Of a stretch of 32,000 nt of DNA, positions 18,033 through 27,849 are shown in pieces. The position numbers and the translations under genes are program-made. Position 1 is the first letter of the stretch. The number at the start of each line of letters is the position of its first letter. The DNA lies in assembly GCF_900187275.1 (NCBI RefSeq), contig NZ_LT906458.1:1470001-1502000 (forward strand), read 5' to 3'. Under the pieces are notes generated by a model, which worked only from the letters and a program-made list of their open reading frames with translations, ran no database searches and had not been told where the DNA came from. This stretch comes from Pasteurella multocida. GTDB taxonomy: Bacteria > Pseudomonadota > Gammaproteobacteria > Enterobacterales > Pasteurellaceae.

Positions 18033-18674
18033 TTAGACCGAAATCAAATCCATTATTTCAAATAAGGTATTAGGCGAGTATTTCTCTAAATAACGGCGTA
18101 AAAAATGTTGTGTTTCTTGGCTAATGACTTGATCTGTTTCCGGATACAAGTTGTATATCACAGCATGCACACTTACTCTTTTGGAGTTGAGTACTTGTAA
18201 ACTCAATAAGGTATGATTAATACTACCTAGCTTGCCAGAGGTGACTAAAATCACGGGGTATTGATGCTGACAAAGATAATCAAGGGTGGTTTCTTCCTCA
18301 TTATAAGGTACACACAAGCCGCCCGCCCCTTCCAATAATACATAATCATATTTTTCACACAAAAGTGCGGTGCAGGTTTCAATTTTTTTACGTTCGATCG
18401 TGCGCTGTTCTAATTTCGCGGCTAAATGCGGTGAGCAAGGATAATCAAACACGTAAGGACAAGTGATACCTTGCTTATCTTCTTCTGTAAGCTCAATACC
18501 TTGTATTTTTCGGTGTATGAGTAAATCTTCGGCAATTCCTCGGCAGCCTGTTTGGATCATCTTTTGCGTGATGACACTTGCGCCTTGTTGCATCAGTTTC
18601 TTGGCGTACCAACCTGTGGCGATGGTTTTGCCAATATCGGTGTCGATGCCAGTGATAAAAAAAACCTTTGCCAT
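18033..18674 (-). CDS. bioD: ATP-dependent dethiobiotin synthetase BioD
   Basis: 213 aa. [17 protein letters not shown] (P-loop GxDTxxGKT) and LLEGAGG. Last gene of the bio operon. Confidence 0.9.
   Translation of the reverse strand: MAKVFFITGIDTDIGKTIATGWYAKKLMQQGASVITQKMIQTGCRGIAEDLLIHRKIQGIELTEEDKQGITCPYVFDYPCSPHLAAKLEQRTIERKKIETCTALLCEKYDYVLLEGAGGLCVPYNEEETTLDYLCQHQYPVILVTSGKLGSINHTLLSLQVLNSKRVSVHAVIYNLYPETDQVISQETQHFLRRYLEKYSPNTLFEIMDLISV
18363..18371 (+). repeat. Hin-type uptake signal sequence core AAGTGCGGT
   Basis: Exact 9-mer inside bioD (antisense to the gene). Confidence 0.8.
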
Positions 18675-18691
18675 ACTTTTTCCTTCTAAGA

Positions 18692-19447
18692 TTAAGTTAA
18701 ACGCGCCAGCACATACATCGGCGTGTAAGTGAGTTCTACTTTGTGTTGTGCGTTACGGTAATGTTGTTGATATTGTTGGCAAAAGGCGTGCAATTGCCCT
18801 TTTGTCCACCCTTGCTGCTGTGTGGCAGTAACGCCTGTTTGTTTCAAATGTTTTAACACCGCTAAGGGATCATCAAAGTGCAACACAATCTCCTCGTGTT
18901 CGAGGACTAAAATCTCAAATTCAGGCACTAGCCACTTTTGCCAGTCCTCAAGACGTGGATAAGTTAACCCCACACCGGTGAGGTGTTTGATCTGTGTTAA
19001 ATTCTCGGGCGTGAAAGTACTGAATAACAAAAATCCGTGCTTTTTTAAGCGCACTTTACAACGCGCAATAAAACCCGCTTTATCTTCAAACCATTGCACC
19101 ACGGAAGCACTGGCAATCAAATCATACTGCTGCGGAAAGGGAAGTTGTTCCGCATCGCCACAATGGAAGTGAAAAGGTTGGGGCAACACTGATTGCAGAT
19201 GCTCTCGCATATCGCAAAGGTCATTCAGCTCCCAGTGTTCAACCTGCAACTGTGACATTAATTGCTTCGTTAATCCACCAGTACCACATCCAATCTCTAA
19301 TGCACGTTGGAATGCTTGTCTGTCGATATACGACAATAAACTAAGCAAACGTTGGTGAATCTGCTGTTGTGCTCTCGCTTGCTGATCATAGTTCGATACA
19401 GCGGCAGAAAAACGCTGTTTAATGCGTCCTTTATCAATACGATCCAT
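18692..19447 (-). CDS. bioC: Malonyl-[ACP] O-methyltransferase BioC
   Basis: 251 aa. F..A...YD..A..Q, SAM-binding [11 protein letters not shown], and the bio operon context. Confidence 0.85.
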   Translation of the reverse strand: MDRIDKGRIKQRFSAAVSNYDQQARAQQQIHQRLLSLLSYIDRQAFQRALEIGCGTGGLTKQLMSQLQVEHWELNDLCDMREHLQSVLPQPFHFHCGDAEQLPFPQQYDLIASASVVQWFEDKAGFIARCKVRLKKHGFLLFSTFTPENLTQIKHLTGVGLTYPRLEDWQKWLVPEFEILVLEHEEIVLHFDDPLAVLKHLKQTGVTATQQQGWTKGQLHAFCQQYQQHYRNAQHKVELTYTPMYVLARLT

Positions 19448-19450
19448 GTG

Positions 19451-20098
19451 CTACAACCAACAAGTTTCCCAATGGGTGAAGTGAGGAAACAACAAATGCT
19501 CCCCTGCGATTTCTGTTATTGCACAACGATCCTGCCAATAAGCCCGCTGATTTTGTGCAGGGAAAATTTTATCTTTTGAGCCGACAATCGCCTTGCTCCA
19601 CGAGATTAAATCTGTACGGTGATCTTGTTGTAAAAAGGTATAAAGTGCGGTCAGTTCAGCATGAATTTCCTGTAATGTGGGACGCATGGAATAGTGCTGA
19701 TAATCTCTTAACAGCGTTTTTGAACCACAAATACGACGTTCAAATTTAGTCCGATTATCTTCATTTAAACCAGATAACGTGCCAGCAAAAATGGCTTCGG
19801 GAATACCATATTGGTCATCACAAGGTAAGCCCGTGCCATTGATCGCCGTAGCAGATAGCAGTGGATAACCTTGCATCACACGCTCCGCTACCCACACGCC
19901 CATTGACCATGCCACCACGCGAATATGTTGATAAGCGGAAAAATCAACATCGCAATGCAGATCTCGATAATCATAGCAAAGGCATAAATCATAATTTTCC
20001 GGCAGAATCAGGTGCTCGACCACGCTCGGCGGTGTGCCCCACCCTGCAAAATAGACGATCAGATTGTCGCCTTGCTGTGAAATATGTTGTGTTTTCAT
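19451..20098 (-). CDS. bioG: Pimeloyl-[ACP] methyl ester esterase, BioG type (DUF452)
   Basis: 215 aa. LIVYFAGWG and the nucleophile elbow AWSMGV. It lies between bioF and bioC, exactly where the Haemophilus-type bioG (a BioH replacement) sits. It has a 4-nt ATGA overlap with bioF. Confidence 0.8.
   Translation of the reverse strand: MKTQHISQQGDNLIVYFAGWGTPPSVVEHLILPENYDLCLCYDYRDLHCDVDFSAYQHIRVVAWSMGVWVAERVMQGYPLLSATAINGTGLPCDDQYGIPEAIFAGTLSGLNEDNRTKFERRICGSKTLLRDYQHYSMRPTLQEIHAELTALYTFLQQDHRTDLISWSKAIVGSKDKIFPAQNQRAYWQDRCAITEIAGEHLLFPHFTHWETCWL
19643..19651 (+). repeat. Hin-type uptake signal sequence core AAGTGCGGT
   Basis: Exact 9-mer inside bioG (antisense). Confidence 0.8.
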
Positions 20099-21258
20099 TC
20101 AGCAAGCTCCTGTAAACAAGCAATAAATTGTTCCACTTCCGCCACTTGCATATCTGCAGTCAGTGAAAAACGAATACGAGAGGTACCTTTTGGGACTGTC
20201 GGCGGGCGAATCGGTAAGCAATAATAGCCTTGTTGTTGCAAACGTTGCGCTGTTCTTACTGTCAGTTCGTTGTCGCCCAAAATATAAGGTACGATACAAC
20301 TTTCACTTGGCATCGGGACTTGAAAAATGCCGACAATCGCTTGGCGTAAATGTTGACTAAGCTGAGCAAGATGTGCGCGTTCGGCTTGCAAATGTGGTAA
20401 TTGTTGAAAGACAAAATGCGTCCATGCCACATTAAACGGCGGAAGTGCCGTGGAAAAAATCAATGGGCGCATTTTATTAACCAAATAATCTCGGATCATT
20501 TGATCGCAAATCACATAAGCCCCCATAGAGCCCAACGCCTTGCCAAACGTACCGACTAAAATATCAATTTGGTTGATACAGCCTCGTTGTTCTGCTAACC
20601 CTAGCCCCTTCTCCCCCAATACGCCTATCGCATGGGCTTCATCTACATATATCATCACTTGCGGATAGTGCTGTTTTAATGCGACCAGCTGGGTGAGGTC
20701 TGCACAGTCACCATCCATACTAAACACGGATTCCGTAACCACGATAATCCGCTCAAAAGTGCGGTCATTTTTTTGCAAAATTTGTTCAAGGTGGGCGTAA
20801 TCATGATGACGAAAACGCACAAACTCACATTGTGCCAAGCGAATGCCATCAATCATACTGGCATGTACCAGTTTATCCGCCACAATCAGCGTTTTTTTGT
20901 CCGCTAAAGCAGGCAAAATCCCAATATTAGCATGATAACCGCTATTAAATAGCAAGGCAGTTTCTCGTCCAAATGCCTGCGCCATTAAGCTTTCTAGCTC
21001 ATCATAAATCGGAAAAGAGCCTGTTAATAAACGGGAGGAAGAAGAAGTCAATGCCGGGAGTTGATCTTGGTATTGCGTGAAAAACGCCTGACGCAAGGCT
21101 TCGTTATTGGCTAAACCTAAATAATCATTGGAGGACATATTCAGCATCGTATTGTCCTCACGTTGAATAAAACGCCCTCGGTGAATGAGTTGGGGCAGTT
21201 GGCGAAATTGATTCTGCGCCTTTAAATCAGCTAACTGCTGCTGATAATACCTGATCAT
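20095..21258 (-). CDS. bioF: 8-amino-7-oxononanoate synthase BioF
   Basis: 387 aa alpha-oxoamine synthase. [18 protein letters not shown], and the PLP lysine in GTFGKALG. 4-nt ATGA overlap with the bioA stop. Confidence 0.92.
   Translation of the reverse strand: MIRYYQQQLADLKAQNQFRQLPQLIHRGRFIQREDNTMLNMSSNDYLGLANNEALRQAFFTQYQDQLPALTSSSSRLLTGSFPIYDELESLMAQAFGRETALLFNSGYHANIGILPALADKKTLIVADKLVHASMIDGIRLAQCEFVRFRHHDYAHLEQILQKNDRTFERIIVVTESVFSMDGDCADLTQLVALKQHYPQVMIYVDEAHAIGVLGEKGLGLAEQRGCINQIDILVGTFGKALGSMGAYVICDQMIRDYLVNKMRPLIFSTALPPFNVAWTHFVFQQLPHLQAERAHLAQLSQHLRQAIVGIFQVPMPSESCIVPYILGDNELTVRTAQRLQQQGYYCLPIRPPTVPKGTSRIRFSLTADMQVAEVEQFIACLQELAE
20757..20765 (+). repeat. Hin-type uptake signal sequence core AAGTGCGGT
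   Basis: Exact 9-mer inside bioF (antisense). Confidence 0.8.
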
Positions 21259-22556
21259 AGAGATTCCTTATGTGCATACTCTTCTTGAAGGGTGCGAATT
21301 GTGCCATGAATTAATTGAGACAATTGATCCGATGAGATGATATACGGTGGCATCAAATACACTAATTTGCCAAATGGACGCACCCAAACGCCATTTTGCA
21401 CAAAGCGTGGTGGTAAACTTGCCATATTGACAGGCGCCTTCATTTCAATCACCCCAATCGCCCCAAGTACTCTCACTTCAGCAACACAATCTAAGGCTTC
21501 CGCTTGGCGCAATTCTTGACGTAATTGCTGTTCAATCTGTTGAATACGTTGTTGCCAAGGGCTTGCCAATAACAATTTGATACTTTCTGCTGCTACCGCA
21601 CACGCCAGTGGATTTGCCATAAACGTCGGACCGTGCATAAAACATTTTGCCTCGCCAGAACAAATCACGTCTGCTACTGTTTGGTTGGTAATGGTAGCGG
21701 ATAGGGTTAAATACCCCCCTGTTAAAGCTTTACCGATACACATCACATCTGGTACGACATTGGCATGTTCACAAGCAAATAATTTGCCTGTACGCCCAAA
21801 TCCTGTGGCAATTTCATCAAAAATCAGCAAAATGCCGTACTGTTCGCACAAGGCTTTTGCTTGCACCAAATACTCAGGGGAATAAAAATACATACCGCCC
21901 GCCCCTTGCACTACCGGTTCTAAAATTAAGCCCGCAATCTCATCACCATGTTGTGCCAATAAATCCTGTAACGGTTGCATCGCTTCGGGTTGCCAAGCTT
22001 GCCCAAATTTTACCGGGGGTTGCGGTAAAAAATATTGCACGGGTAGCCCTTTGGCAAACAAGCTGTGCATGCCGGTCACGGGATCACACACGGACATCGC
22101 ATGCCAAGTATCACCATGATAGCCCGAACGAATCGTAGCAAATTTATAGCGCTGTGTTTCGCCTTTAGCATGTTGATATTGCACTGCCATTTTCATCGCC
22201 ACTTCCACGGCGACCGAACCACTATCGGCAAAGAAAATTTTATCCAAACTTTCCGGCAAGATGTTGACCAGTTGCTTCGCCAGTTCTACCGCTGGTTGGT
22301 GCGTTAATCCACCAAACATCACATGACTCATTTGACTCAGTTGTTGCGTGACAGCGTGGTTTAAACGGGGGTGATTATAGCCATGAATCGCTGACCACCA
22401 CGATGACATGCCATCAATCAATTGCTGACCGTTTTTTAACTGGATATACACGCCTTCGGCACGTTCTACTGCAAATAAGGGAAAATCCGCATTTAACGCC
22501 GCATAAGGGTGCCAAATATGTTGTCGATCACATTCTAAAAGTTGCTGCTCATTCAT
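21255..22556 (-). CDS. bioA: Adenosylmethionine-8-amino-7-oxononanoate aminotransferase BioA
   Basis: Track ORF 21255..22667. The ATG at 22556 is preceded by GAGGTG and gives [39 protein letters not shown], and the PLP lysine in CIGKALTGG. The 37-aa upstream extension would cover the promoter region. Confidence 0.92.
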   Translation of the reverse strand: MNEQQLLECDRQHIWHPYAALNADFPLFAVERAEGVYIQLKNGQQLIDGMSSWWSAIHGYNHPRLNHAVTQQLSQMSHVMFGGLTHQPAVELAKQLVNILPESLDKIFFADSGSVAVEVAMKMAVQYQHAKGETQRYKFATIRSGYHGDTWHAMSVCDPVTGMHSLFAKGLPVQYFLPQPPVKFGQAWQPEAMQPLQDLLAQHGDEIAGLILEPVVQGAGGMYFYSPEYLVQAKALCEQYGILLIFDEIATGFGRTGKLFACEHANVVPDVMCIGKALTGGYLTLSATITNQTVADVICSGEAKCFMHGPTFMANPLACAVAAESIKLLLASPWQQRIQQIEQQLRQELRQAEALDCVAEVRVLGAIGVIEMKAPVNMASLPPRFVQNGVWVRPFGKLVYLMPPYIISSDQLSQLIHGTIRTLQEEYAHKESL

Positions 22557-22571
22557 CGTTTCACCTCGGTT

Positions 22572-22603
22572 GTGAATCGCCCTTTCAACTGGCGTAAATT
22601 CAC
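22572..22603. promoter_or_regulatory. Interrupted 32-bp dyad in the bioA leader (GTGAATCGCC-N9-GGCG-taa-ATTCAC): candidate operator or 5'-UTR stem-loop
   Basis: Read directly. GTGAAT (22572-22577) pairs with ATTCAC (22598-22603), and CGCC (22578-22581) with GGCG (22591-22594). It lies between the candidate bioA promoter and the bioA RBS. Confidence 0.3.
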
Positions 22604-22611
22604 GCAAATAC

Positions 22612-22639
22612 TTACATAAACGGAATAACTTGTTATAAT
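22612..22639 (+). promoter_or_regulatory. Candidate extended -10 sigma70 promoter for psd (TTACAT-16-TGtTATAAT)
   Basis: TTACAT at 22612-22617, 16-nt spacer, TG at 22631-22632, TATAAT at 22634-22639. About 59 nt upstream of the psd ATG. Confidence 0.45.
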
Positions 22640-22661
22640 CGCCAAGCATTCGGCTTTTCAA
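22632..22661 (-). promoter_or_regulatory. Candidate sigma70 promoter for the bio operon (TTGAAA-18-TATAAC or -17-TTATAA)
   Basis: On the - strand: TTGAAA (22661-22656) and TATAAC (22637-22632). This -10 overlaps the psd -10 on the opposite strand. Confidence 0.4.
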
Positions 22662-22697
22662 GCCCATTATTCTAACTTAAAAAGATGATTTATCACT

Positions 22698-23585
22698 ATG
22701 AATATATTAGAAAAAAAAGCACAACTGAGTTACTGGCAACGGATTAAAATTGCCTTTCAATATGTGATGCCACAACTTTATTTAACACGTCTCGCAGGCT
22801 GGTTTGCAAAACAGCAATGGGGTGCTGTCACACATTTTGTGATTAAATTATTCGCGAAAAAATACCATGTGGATATGAGTGAAGCTGCAAAACCAAATTT
22901 CAGCGACTATGCGAGCTTTAATGAATTTTTTATCCGTCCATTAGCGGACAATGCCCGTCCAATTAATCAAAATCCTACCGCACTTTGTTTACCGGCAGAT
23001 GGTCGTATTAGTCAGTTAGGACACATTGAGCAGGATTTATTGCTACAAGCCAAAGGACATTATTTCAGCTTGAACGATTTGTTAGCTGGCGACGAGGCGC
23101 TCGCTCATCATTTTAAAGATGGCGAATTTGCCACCACCTACCTCTCACCACGCGATTACCACCGTGTGCATATGCCTTGTGATGCCACTTTATGCAAAAT
23201 GATTTATGTGCCTGGTGACTTATTCTCAGTCAATCCATTTTTAGCCGAACACGTGCCAAACTTATTTGCACGTAATGAGCGCGTGATCTGCGTATTCGAT
23301 ACCGAATTTGGTAAAATGGTCCAAATTTTAGTCGGCGCAACCATTACCGCGAGTATGAGCACCGTGTGGGCAGGCGTGATCAACCCGCCTCGTCCAGAAA
23401 AAATCACCACCTGGACCTATGAAGGAGAAAGTGCAGTCAAATTACTGAAAGGACAAGAAATGGGCGCCTTTCAATTGGGCTCGACGGTGATCAATTTATT
23501 TGAAAAAGATCGTGTGCAACTGGCATCTCATTTACAAGTGGATAGCCCAGTACGTATGGGTGAAATTCTTGCCCACCAAAAATAA
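22698..23585 (+). CDS. psd: Phosphatidylserine decarboxylase proenzyme
   Basis: 295 aa. YHR.H.P motif (DYHRVHMP) and the self-cleavage site GAFQLGST (LGST). Confidence 0.95.
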   Translation: MNILEKKAQLSYWQRIKIAFQYVMPQLYLTRLAGWFAKQQWGAVTHFVIKLFAKKYHVDMSEAAKPNFSDYASFNEFFIRPLADNARPINQNPTALCLPADGRISQLGHIEQDLLLQAKGHYFSLNDLLAGDEALAHHFKDGEFATTYLSPRDYHRVHMPCDATLCKMIYVPGDLFSVNPFLAEHVPNLFARNERVICVFDTEFGKMVQILVGATITASMSTVWAGVINPPRPEKITTWTYEGESAVKLLKGQEMGAFQLGSTVINLFEKDRVQLASHLQVDSPVRMGEILAHQK

Positions 23586-23609
23586 TTTTTAACCACAATA
23601 GGAAAAACA

Positions 23610-24242
23610 ATGAGTCAACAATTTTTCGACCAAGTGTCATTAGAAAGCCTTTCAGCGAAAGGAAGCTACGGTATCGGTTTACAAATCGGTCAACAATTAT
23701 TAGAAAGCCAACTTGAAGTGAGCGCCGAAGCCGTCGCGAAAGGGATCTTTGATGTGTTAAATCAAAATCCACCAGCACTTGAGTTAAATGAAGTGAGTCA
23801 TGCCCTACAGACTTTGCAACAACAAGCCACTGAAGCACAACAAGCGAAATTCAAAGAAATTGAAGCCGTTGGTGCACAATTCTTAGCTGAAAACGCGCAA
23901 AAAGCGGGGGTAAATACTACGGAATCTGGTTTACAGTATGAAGTGTTAGTGGCTGGTGAAGGGCAAATTCCGGCACGCGAAGACAAAGTGCGTGTGCATT
24001 ACACTGGGACATTAATCGACGGTACCGTCTTTGACAGCTCAGTAAAACGTGGTCAACCTGCAGAATTCCCAGTAAATGGCGTGATCGCTGGTTGGATTGA
24101 AGCCTTGTCCATGATGCCAGTGGGTTCAAAATGGCGTTTAACCATTCCTCACAACCTCGCTTATGGCGAACGTGGTGCCGGTGCCTCCATTCCGCCATTC
24201 AGTACCTTAGTGTTTGAAGTCGAATTATTAGCCATTCTTTAA
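23610..24242 (+). CDS. fklB: FKBP-type peptidyl-prolyl cis-trans isomerase FklB (cytoplasmic, no signal peptide)
   Basis: 210 aa. [67 protein letters not shown]. Collinear with my memory of E. coli FklB. Confidence 0.9.
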   Translation: MSQQFFDQVSLESLSAKGSYGIGLQIGQQLLESQLEVSAEAVAKGIFDVLNQNPPALELNEVSHALQTLQQQATEAQQAKFKEIEAVGAQFLAENAQKAGVNTTESGLQYEVLVAGEGQIPAREDKVRVHYTGTLIDGTVFDSSVKRGQPAEFPVNGVIAGWIEALSMMPVGSKWRLTIPHNLAYGERGAGASIPPFSTLVFEVELLAIL

Positions 24243-24260
24243 AGCTAAACGCTAGACATA

Positions 24261-24291
24261 AAAAAAGTGCGGTCATTTTCCGCACTTTTTT
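24261..24291. terminator. Bidirectional Rho-independent terminator (USS hairpin) between fklB (+) and the 24304..24627 gene (-)
   Basis: AAAAGTGCGG (24263-24272), loop TCATTTT, CCGCACTTTT (24280-24289). A-run and T-run flanks give a U-tract on both strands. Confidence 0.85.
24265..24273 (+). repeat. Hin-type uptake signal sequence core AAGTGCGGT
   Basis: Exact 9-mer forming the 5' arm of the terminator. Confidence 0.8.
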
Positions 24292-24303
24292 CTTTTCTAT
24301 TGT

Positions 24304-24627
24304 TTATCGTTTCAAGCCTTGCTGATAGCCACTGTTCCACGAATGGCGGAACTTGTCCAGCACAGCCTTGCCCGTTTGTTCTTCACAGTAAGCCGTTCGT
24401 TGACTCAACATTTTTTGTTGATGTTCTCGAAACGATTTTCCCACACGATAGCCGTCCAAATACCAATCATCATTATCTTGACATGCCATGGTATTAATCC
24501 GTTTTGTATTCCCTGTCACTGCAAAAGATTTGCCTGCCTCAATACGTTGCACCGCATGTTCAGAGTATGAAGTACAGCTCACCAGCGAACCTAGTACACT
24601 GAATATCAATACTGCTTTCCAATTCAT
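24304..24627 (-). CDS. Small predicted lipoprotein of unknown function (DUF2799-like)
   Basis: 107 aa. Lipobox LVSC in [20 protein letters not shown]. Two copies of a C..(D)W..GY..G-type motif ([15 protein letters not shown] and YCEE....SWNSGYQQG) resemble my recollection of DUF2799. It starts 23 nt downstream of the proB stop. Not HMM-verified. Confidence 0.55.
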   Translation of the reverse strand: MNWKAVLIFSVLGSLVSCTSYSEHAVQRIEAGKSFAVTGNTKRINTMACQDNDDWYLDGYRVGKSFREHQQKMLSQRTAYCEEQTGKAVLDKFRHSWNSGYQQGLKR

Positions 24628-24650
24628 CTTGTTACCTTTCTTTTTCTGAT

Positions 24651-25754
24651 TTATAACACAATCATATCGTCGCGGTGTACCGCAACCGCCCCATATTCAT
24701 AACCGAGAACCTGTTCAATATCTTGCGAATGTTTGCCTTGAATTAAATGGAGTGCATCGCTGTTATAACGTGGCATCCCTAAGGCGACATCCTTGCCTTG
24801 CTGAGTACGAATTTTTACCACTTCACCGCGTGAAAAGCGTCCTTCCACGTTCACAATCCCAGCAGGCAATAACGATTTATGTTGCATTAACATCGCGTTT
24901 TCCGCCCCTGCATCAATGGTAATAATACCGGCTGACGGCGCCGCATATAGCCATTGTTTACGACTTTCTAAGCGATCTGCTTGCACACTAAATTTGGTGC
25001 CAATGGCTTGCCCATAAGCTAAGTCCACAATCACATTCGGGCGATTACCCGGTGCAATAATGGTTTCAATGCCGGAGCGGGTTGCCACATCCGCGGCACT
25101 GATTTTGGTGGACATGCCACCTGTGCCTAACGAGGTGCCACTTCCGCCCGCAATCGCGCGAATATGATCGGTAATTTTGTCCACGTCGGCGATCAATTTG
25201 GCGTCTGGATGTTTGCGCGGATCACGATCAAACAAACCTTGCTGATCAGTAAGCAAATACAACTGTTCTGCTTGCACTAAAATCGCCACTAACGCGGATA
25301 AATTATCGTTATCGCCTACTTTAATTTCTGACGTAGCGACAGCGTCATTTTCATTAATCACTGGAATAATCTGATTATCTAATAAGGCGCGCAAAGTATC
25401 TCTGGCATTTAAAAAACGTTCACGATCTTCAATGTCGGCACGGGTCAATAAAATCTGTCCAATATGAATATCATAAATGGCAAACAATTTTTCCCACGTT
25501 TGAATGAGCTGACTTTGTCCTACCGCAGCCAATAATTGTTTCGAGGCAATCGTCGGTGGCAATTTCGGGTGATTTAAATAATGACGACCTGCCGCAATCG
25601 CCCCTGAGGTGACAATCACTAAACGAAAGCCCGCTTGATGAAGCTGTGCGAGCTGACGCACAATATCCATCATATGAGGTAAATTTAACTTCGCCGATCC
25701 TTGCGTAAGCGTACTGGTTCCAAATTTCACAACGAGTGTTTTGTCGATTTTCAT
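24651..25754 (-). CDS. proB: Glutamate 5-kinase ProB (with C-terminal PUA domain)
   Basis: Track ORF 24651..25823. The ATG at 25754 gives [17 protein letters not shown] (367 aa, the same length as E. coli ProB as I recall it). [16 protein letters not shown] and GTGGMSTK motifs, and a C-terminal [13 protein letters not shown]. Confidence 0.93.
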   Translation of the reverse strand: MKIDKTLVVKFGTSTLTQGSAKLNLPHMMDIVRQLAQLHQAGFRLVIVTSGAIAAGRHYLNHPKLPPTIASKQLLAAVGQSQLIQTWEKLFAIYDIHIGQILLTRADIEDRERFLNARDTLRALLDNQIIPVINENDAVATSEIKVGDNDNLSALVAILVQAEQLYLLTDQQGLFDRDPRKHPDAKLIADVDKITDHIRAIAGGSGTSLGTGGMSTKISAADVATRSGIETIIAPGNRPNVIVDLAYGQAIGTKFSVQADRLESRKQWLYAAPSAGIITIDAGAENAMLMQHKSLLPAGIVNVEGRFSRGEVVKIRTQQGKDVALGMPRYNSDALHLIQGKHSQDIEQVLGYEYGAVAVHRDDMIVL

Positions 25755-25919
25755 CTTCTCTATCTTCTTATTTTTGTCGCACAAAATTGAAGCTAACTTA
25801 CCATTAATCATCAGAAAAATCATCTCGTTTACTTGCTATTTTCTATGATTTAGCACAAATTTTTTCTCACTAAAAGGCATATAATAAAGCCTCTTGATTT
25901 TTCAGCTAGGAACCCGATT

Positions 25920-26708
25920 ATGACCTCAACCTCTTCACAAGAAACGGAGCGGCAACGAGAAATCACTCGCCTTTGTGTTCAAGTTGCCCAACTCTTATTA
26001 CAACATGGTGCAGAAAGTGCCATCGTTGTGCAAATGGCACATCGCTTAGGCTTAGCCCTCGGTGTAGATAGCGTAGAATGTGCCCTCACGCCAAATGCCA
26101 TTATTCTTACTACATTAGCCCAAGACCATTGCATCACGACAGTCCGTAAAAACCAAGACAAAGGAATTAATATGCAAGTGGTTACTGAAGTGCAACGTAT
26201 TGTGATTACAGCAGAACGTAAAATCTATGATATGCAACAAGTGCATGCCAAACTGGCTCGCATTAAACCGCTTAAATACAATCGCTATTTTGTGATGTTG
26301 ATGATTGGCTTATCCTGTGCCAGTTTTGCTCATTTATCTGGTGGGGATGCACTAGTTTCATTGGTTACATTTCTCGCCGCAACACTCGCCATGTATGTTC
26401 GCCAATCACTTGCCGCAAGACACTATAACCCCTTAATTGTATTTGCGGTGACCGCCTTTGTCGCCTCGCTAATTGCGGGTATCGCGTTGAAATATAACAT
26501 CGGCAATCAGCCCCAAATTGCCTTGGCATCCAGCGTATTATTGCTCGTTCCTGGCTTTCCACTGATTAATGCACTCGCCGATATTTTAAAAGGGCATATC
26601 AATATGGGGATTGCCCGTTGGGCACTCGCGACGATCCTCACATTTGGGGCATGCTTAGGCATTGTATTTGCGCTGAGTTTATTGGGTATCACGGCATGGG
26701 GGAAATAA
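25920..26708 (+). CDS. yjjP: Threonine/serine-exporter-family inner membrane protein YjjP (DUF1212)
   Basis: 262 aa. RLCVQVAQLLLQHGAES, RGINM.VVTEVQ and LLLVPGFPLINA.AD..KGHIN.G.ARW are collinear with E. coli YjjP. Confidence 0.85.
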   Translation: MTSTSSQETERQREITRLCVQVAQLLLQHGAESAIVVQMAHRLGLALGVDSVECALTPNAIILTTLAQDHCITTVRKNQDKGINMQVVTEVQRIVITAERKIYDMQQVHAKLARIKPLKYNRYFVMLMIGLSCASFAHLSGGDALVSLVTFLAATLAMYVRQSLAARHYNPLIVFAVTAFVASLIAGIALKYNIGNQPQIALASSVLLLVPGFPLINALADILKGHINMGIARWALATILTFGACLGIVFALSLLGITAWGK

Positions 26709-26709
26709 A

Positions 26710-27171
26710 ATGTTAATGTTAAATTTACTGGATGATATGTTTTTTGCTGCGATTCCCGCAGTCGGCTTTGCCTTAGTCTTTAATGTGCCCCCAAAAGCCT
26801 TGAAATACTGTGCGGGCTTAGGCGCGTTAGGACATGGACTTCGCACTTTATTAGTCCATTATGAACTCCCCTTAGTGTTTGCCACTTTCTGCGGTGCCGC
26901 CTTAATTGGGTTTATCGGTGTGCATTTATCCCATCGTTATTTAGCCCACCCGAAAGTGTTTACTGTTGCAGCCATTATTCCCATGATCCCCGGTGTCTAT
27001 GCCTATAAAGCCATGATTGCGGTAGTGCAATTACATAATCAAGGTTGGTCCCATGCGCTCACTGCACAAATGATCGATTATTTTATTAAAACGGGATTTA
27101 TTCTCGGTGCATTAGTTTTCGGACTCGCATTGCCGGGCTTACTGTTCTATCGGCAAAAACCTGTGGTATAG
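26710..27171 (+). CDS. yjjB: Inner membrane protein YjjB (DUF3815), partner of YjjP
   Basis: 153 aa. AAIPAVGFA.VFNVP..AL, AHPKVFTVAA.IPM.PG and YR.K motifs as in E. coli YjjB. It starts 1 nt after the yjjP stop. Confidence 0.85.
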   Translation: MLMLNLLDDMFFAAIPAVGFALVFNVPPKALKYCAGLGALGHGLRTLLVHYELPLVFATFCGAALIGFIGVHLSHRYLAHPKVFTVAAIIPMIPGVYAYKAMIAVVQLHNQGWSHALTAQMIDYFIKTGFILGALVFGLALPGLLFYRQKPVV

Positions 27172-27207
27172 TAAACACACCTTTAGTTTGCCTGTCAGGA
27201 ACTCACT

Positions 27208-27702
27208 ATGATCTTTAGCCTTATCGTCGCTATGACGAAAAACCATGTCATTGGTAAAGACAATCAAATGCCTTGGCATCTGCCTGCCGATTTAGCGTGG
27301 TTTCGCCAGAATACCACGGGTAAACCGGTGATTATGGGACGAAAAACCTTTGAAAGCATTGGGCGTCCATTACCAAAACGCACTAATTTAGTGCTTTCTC
27401 GTCAGCCATATCTACATGAGGGCGTGATTTGGCAAAACAGCCTTGAAAGTGCGGTGGATTTTGTCAAAGATTCACCTGAAATCCTGTTGATTGGCGGGGG
27501 CGAATTATTTAAGCAATATTTACATAAAGCCGACAAGCTCTATCTCACTGAAATCCAAACAGAATTAGAAGGCGATACCTTCTTTCCTGAAATTGTATGG
27601 CAAGACTGGCAAATTGAATATGAAGCATGGCGCCAAGCCGATGAAAAAAATCCTTATGACTGTCGCTTTTTAATTTTATCGCGTAACACTAAAAATGAAT
27701 GA
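27208..27702 (+). CDS. folA: Dihydrofolate reductase
   Basis: 164 aa. IVAM..N.VIGKDN.MPWHLPADLAWF...T.GKPVIMGRKTFESIGRPLP.R.N.VLSR and LIGGGELF. Confidence 0.95.
   Translation: MIFSLIVAMTKNHVIGKDNQMPWHLPADLAWFRQNTTGKPVIMGRKTFESIGRPLPKRTNLVLSRQPYLHEGVIWQNSLESAVDFVKDSPEILLIGGGELFKQYLHKADKLYLTEIQTELEGDTFFPEIVWQDWQIEYEAWRQADEKNPYDCRFLILSRNTKNE
27447..27455 (+). repeat. Hin-type uptake signal sequence core AAGTGCGGT
   Basis: Exact 9-mer inside folA (sense strand). Confidence 0.8.
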
Positions 27703-27728
27703 CATAACACATTAAATAAGAACGATGT

Positions 27729-27765
27729 AAAGGGCGCAAACATTAAGCAAGCGCCCTTTTCTTCA
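27729..27765 (+). terminator. Rho-independent terminator of folA
   Basis: AAAGGGCGC (27729-27737), 13-nt loop, GCGCCCTTT (27751-27759), then TTCTTC. It lies in the convergent gap with copA. Confidence 0.75.
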
Positions 27766-27800
27766 TTTATCCAGCGGATCCTCACAAAAAAATCTCAGCA

Positions 27801-27809
27801 AAGTGCGGT
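27801..27809 (+). repeat. Hin-type uptake signal sequence core AAGTGCGGT
   Basis: Exact 9-mer (context AAAGTGCGGTCAATGG) in the folA-copA gap. Confidence 0.8.
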
Positions 27810-27849
27810 CAATGGTAAAAAAATGTTATCCCCCACATTCATTGTAATG

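Noticed and set aside
22630-22675. TTGTTATAA ... TTATTCTAA considered as BirA operator half-sites.
   Set aside because: Only 6/9 of the bases are symmetric, and the 28-nt gap is about twice the spacing of known bio operators. The first half is better explained as the extended -10 of the psd promoter.
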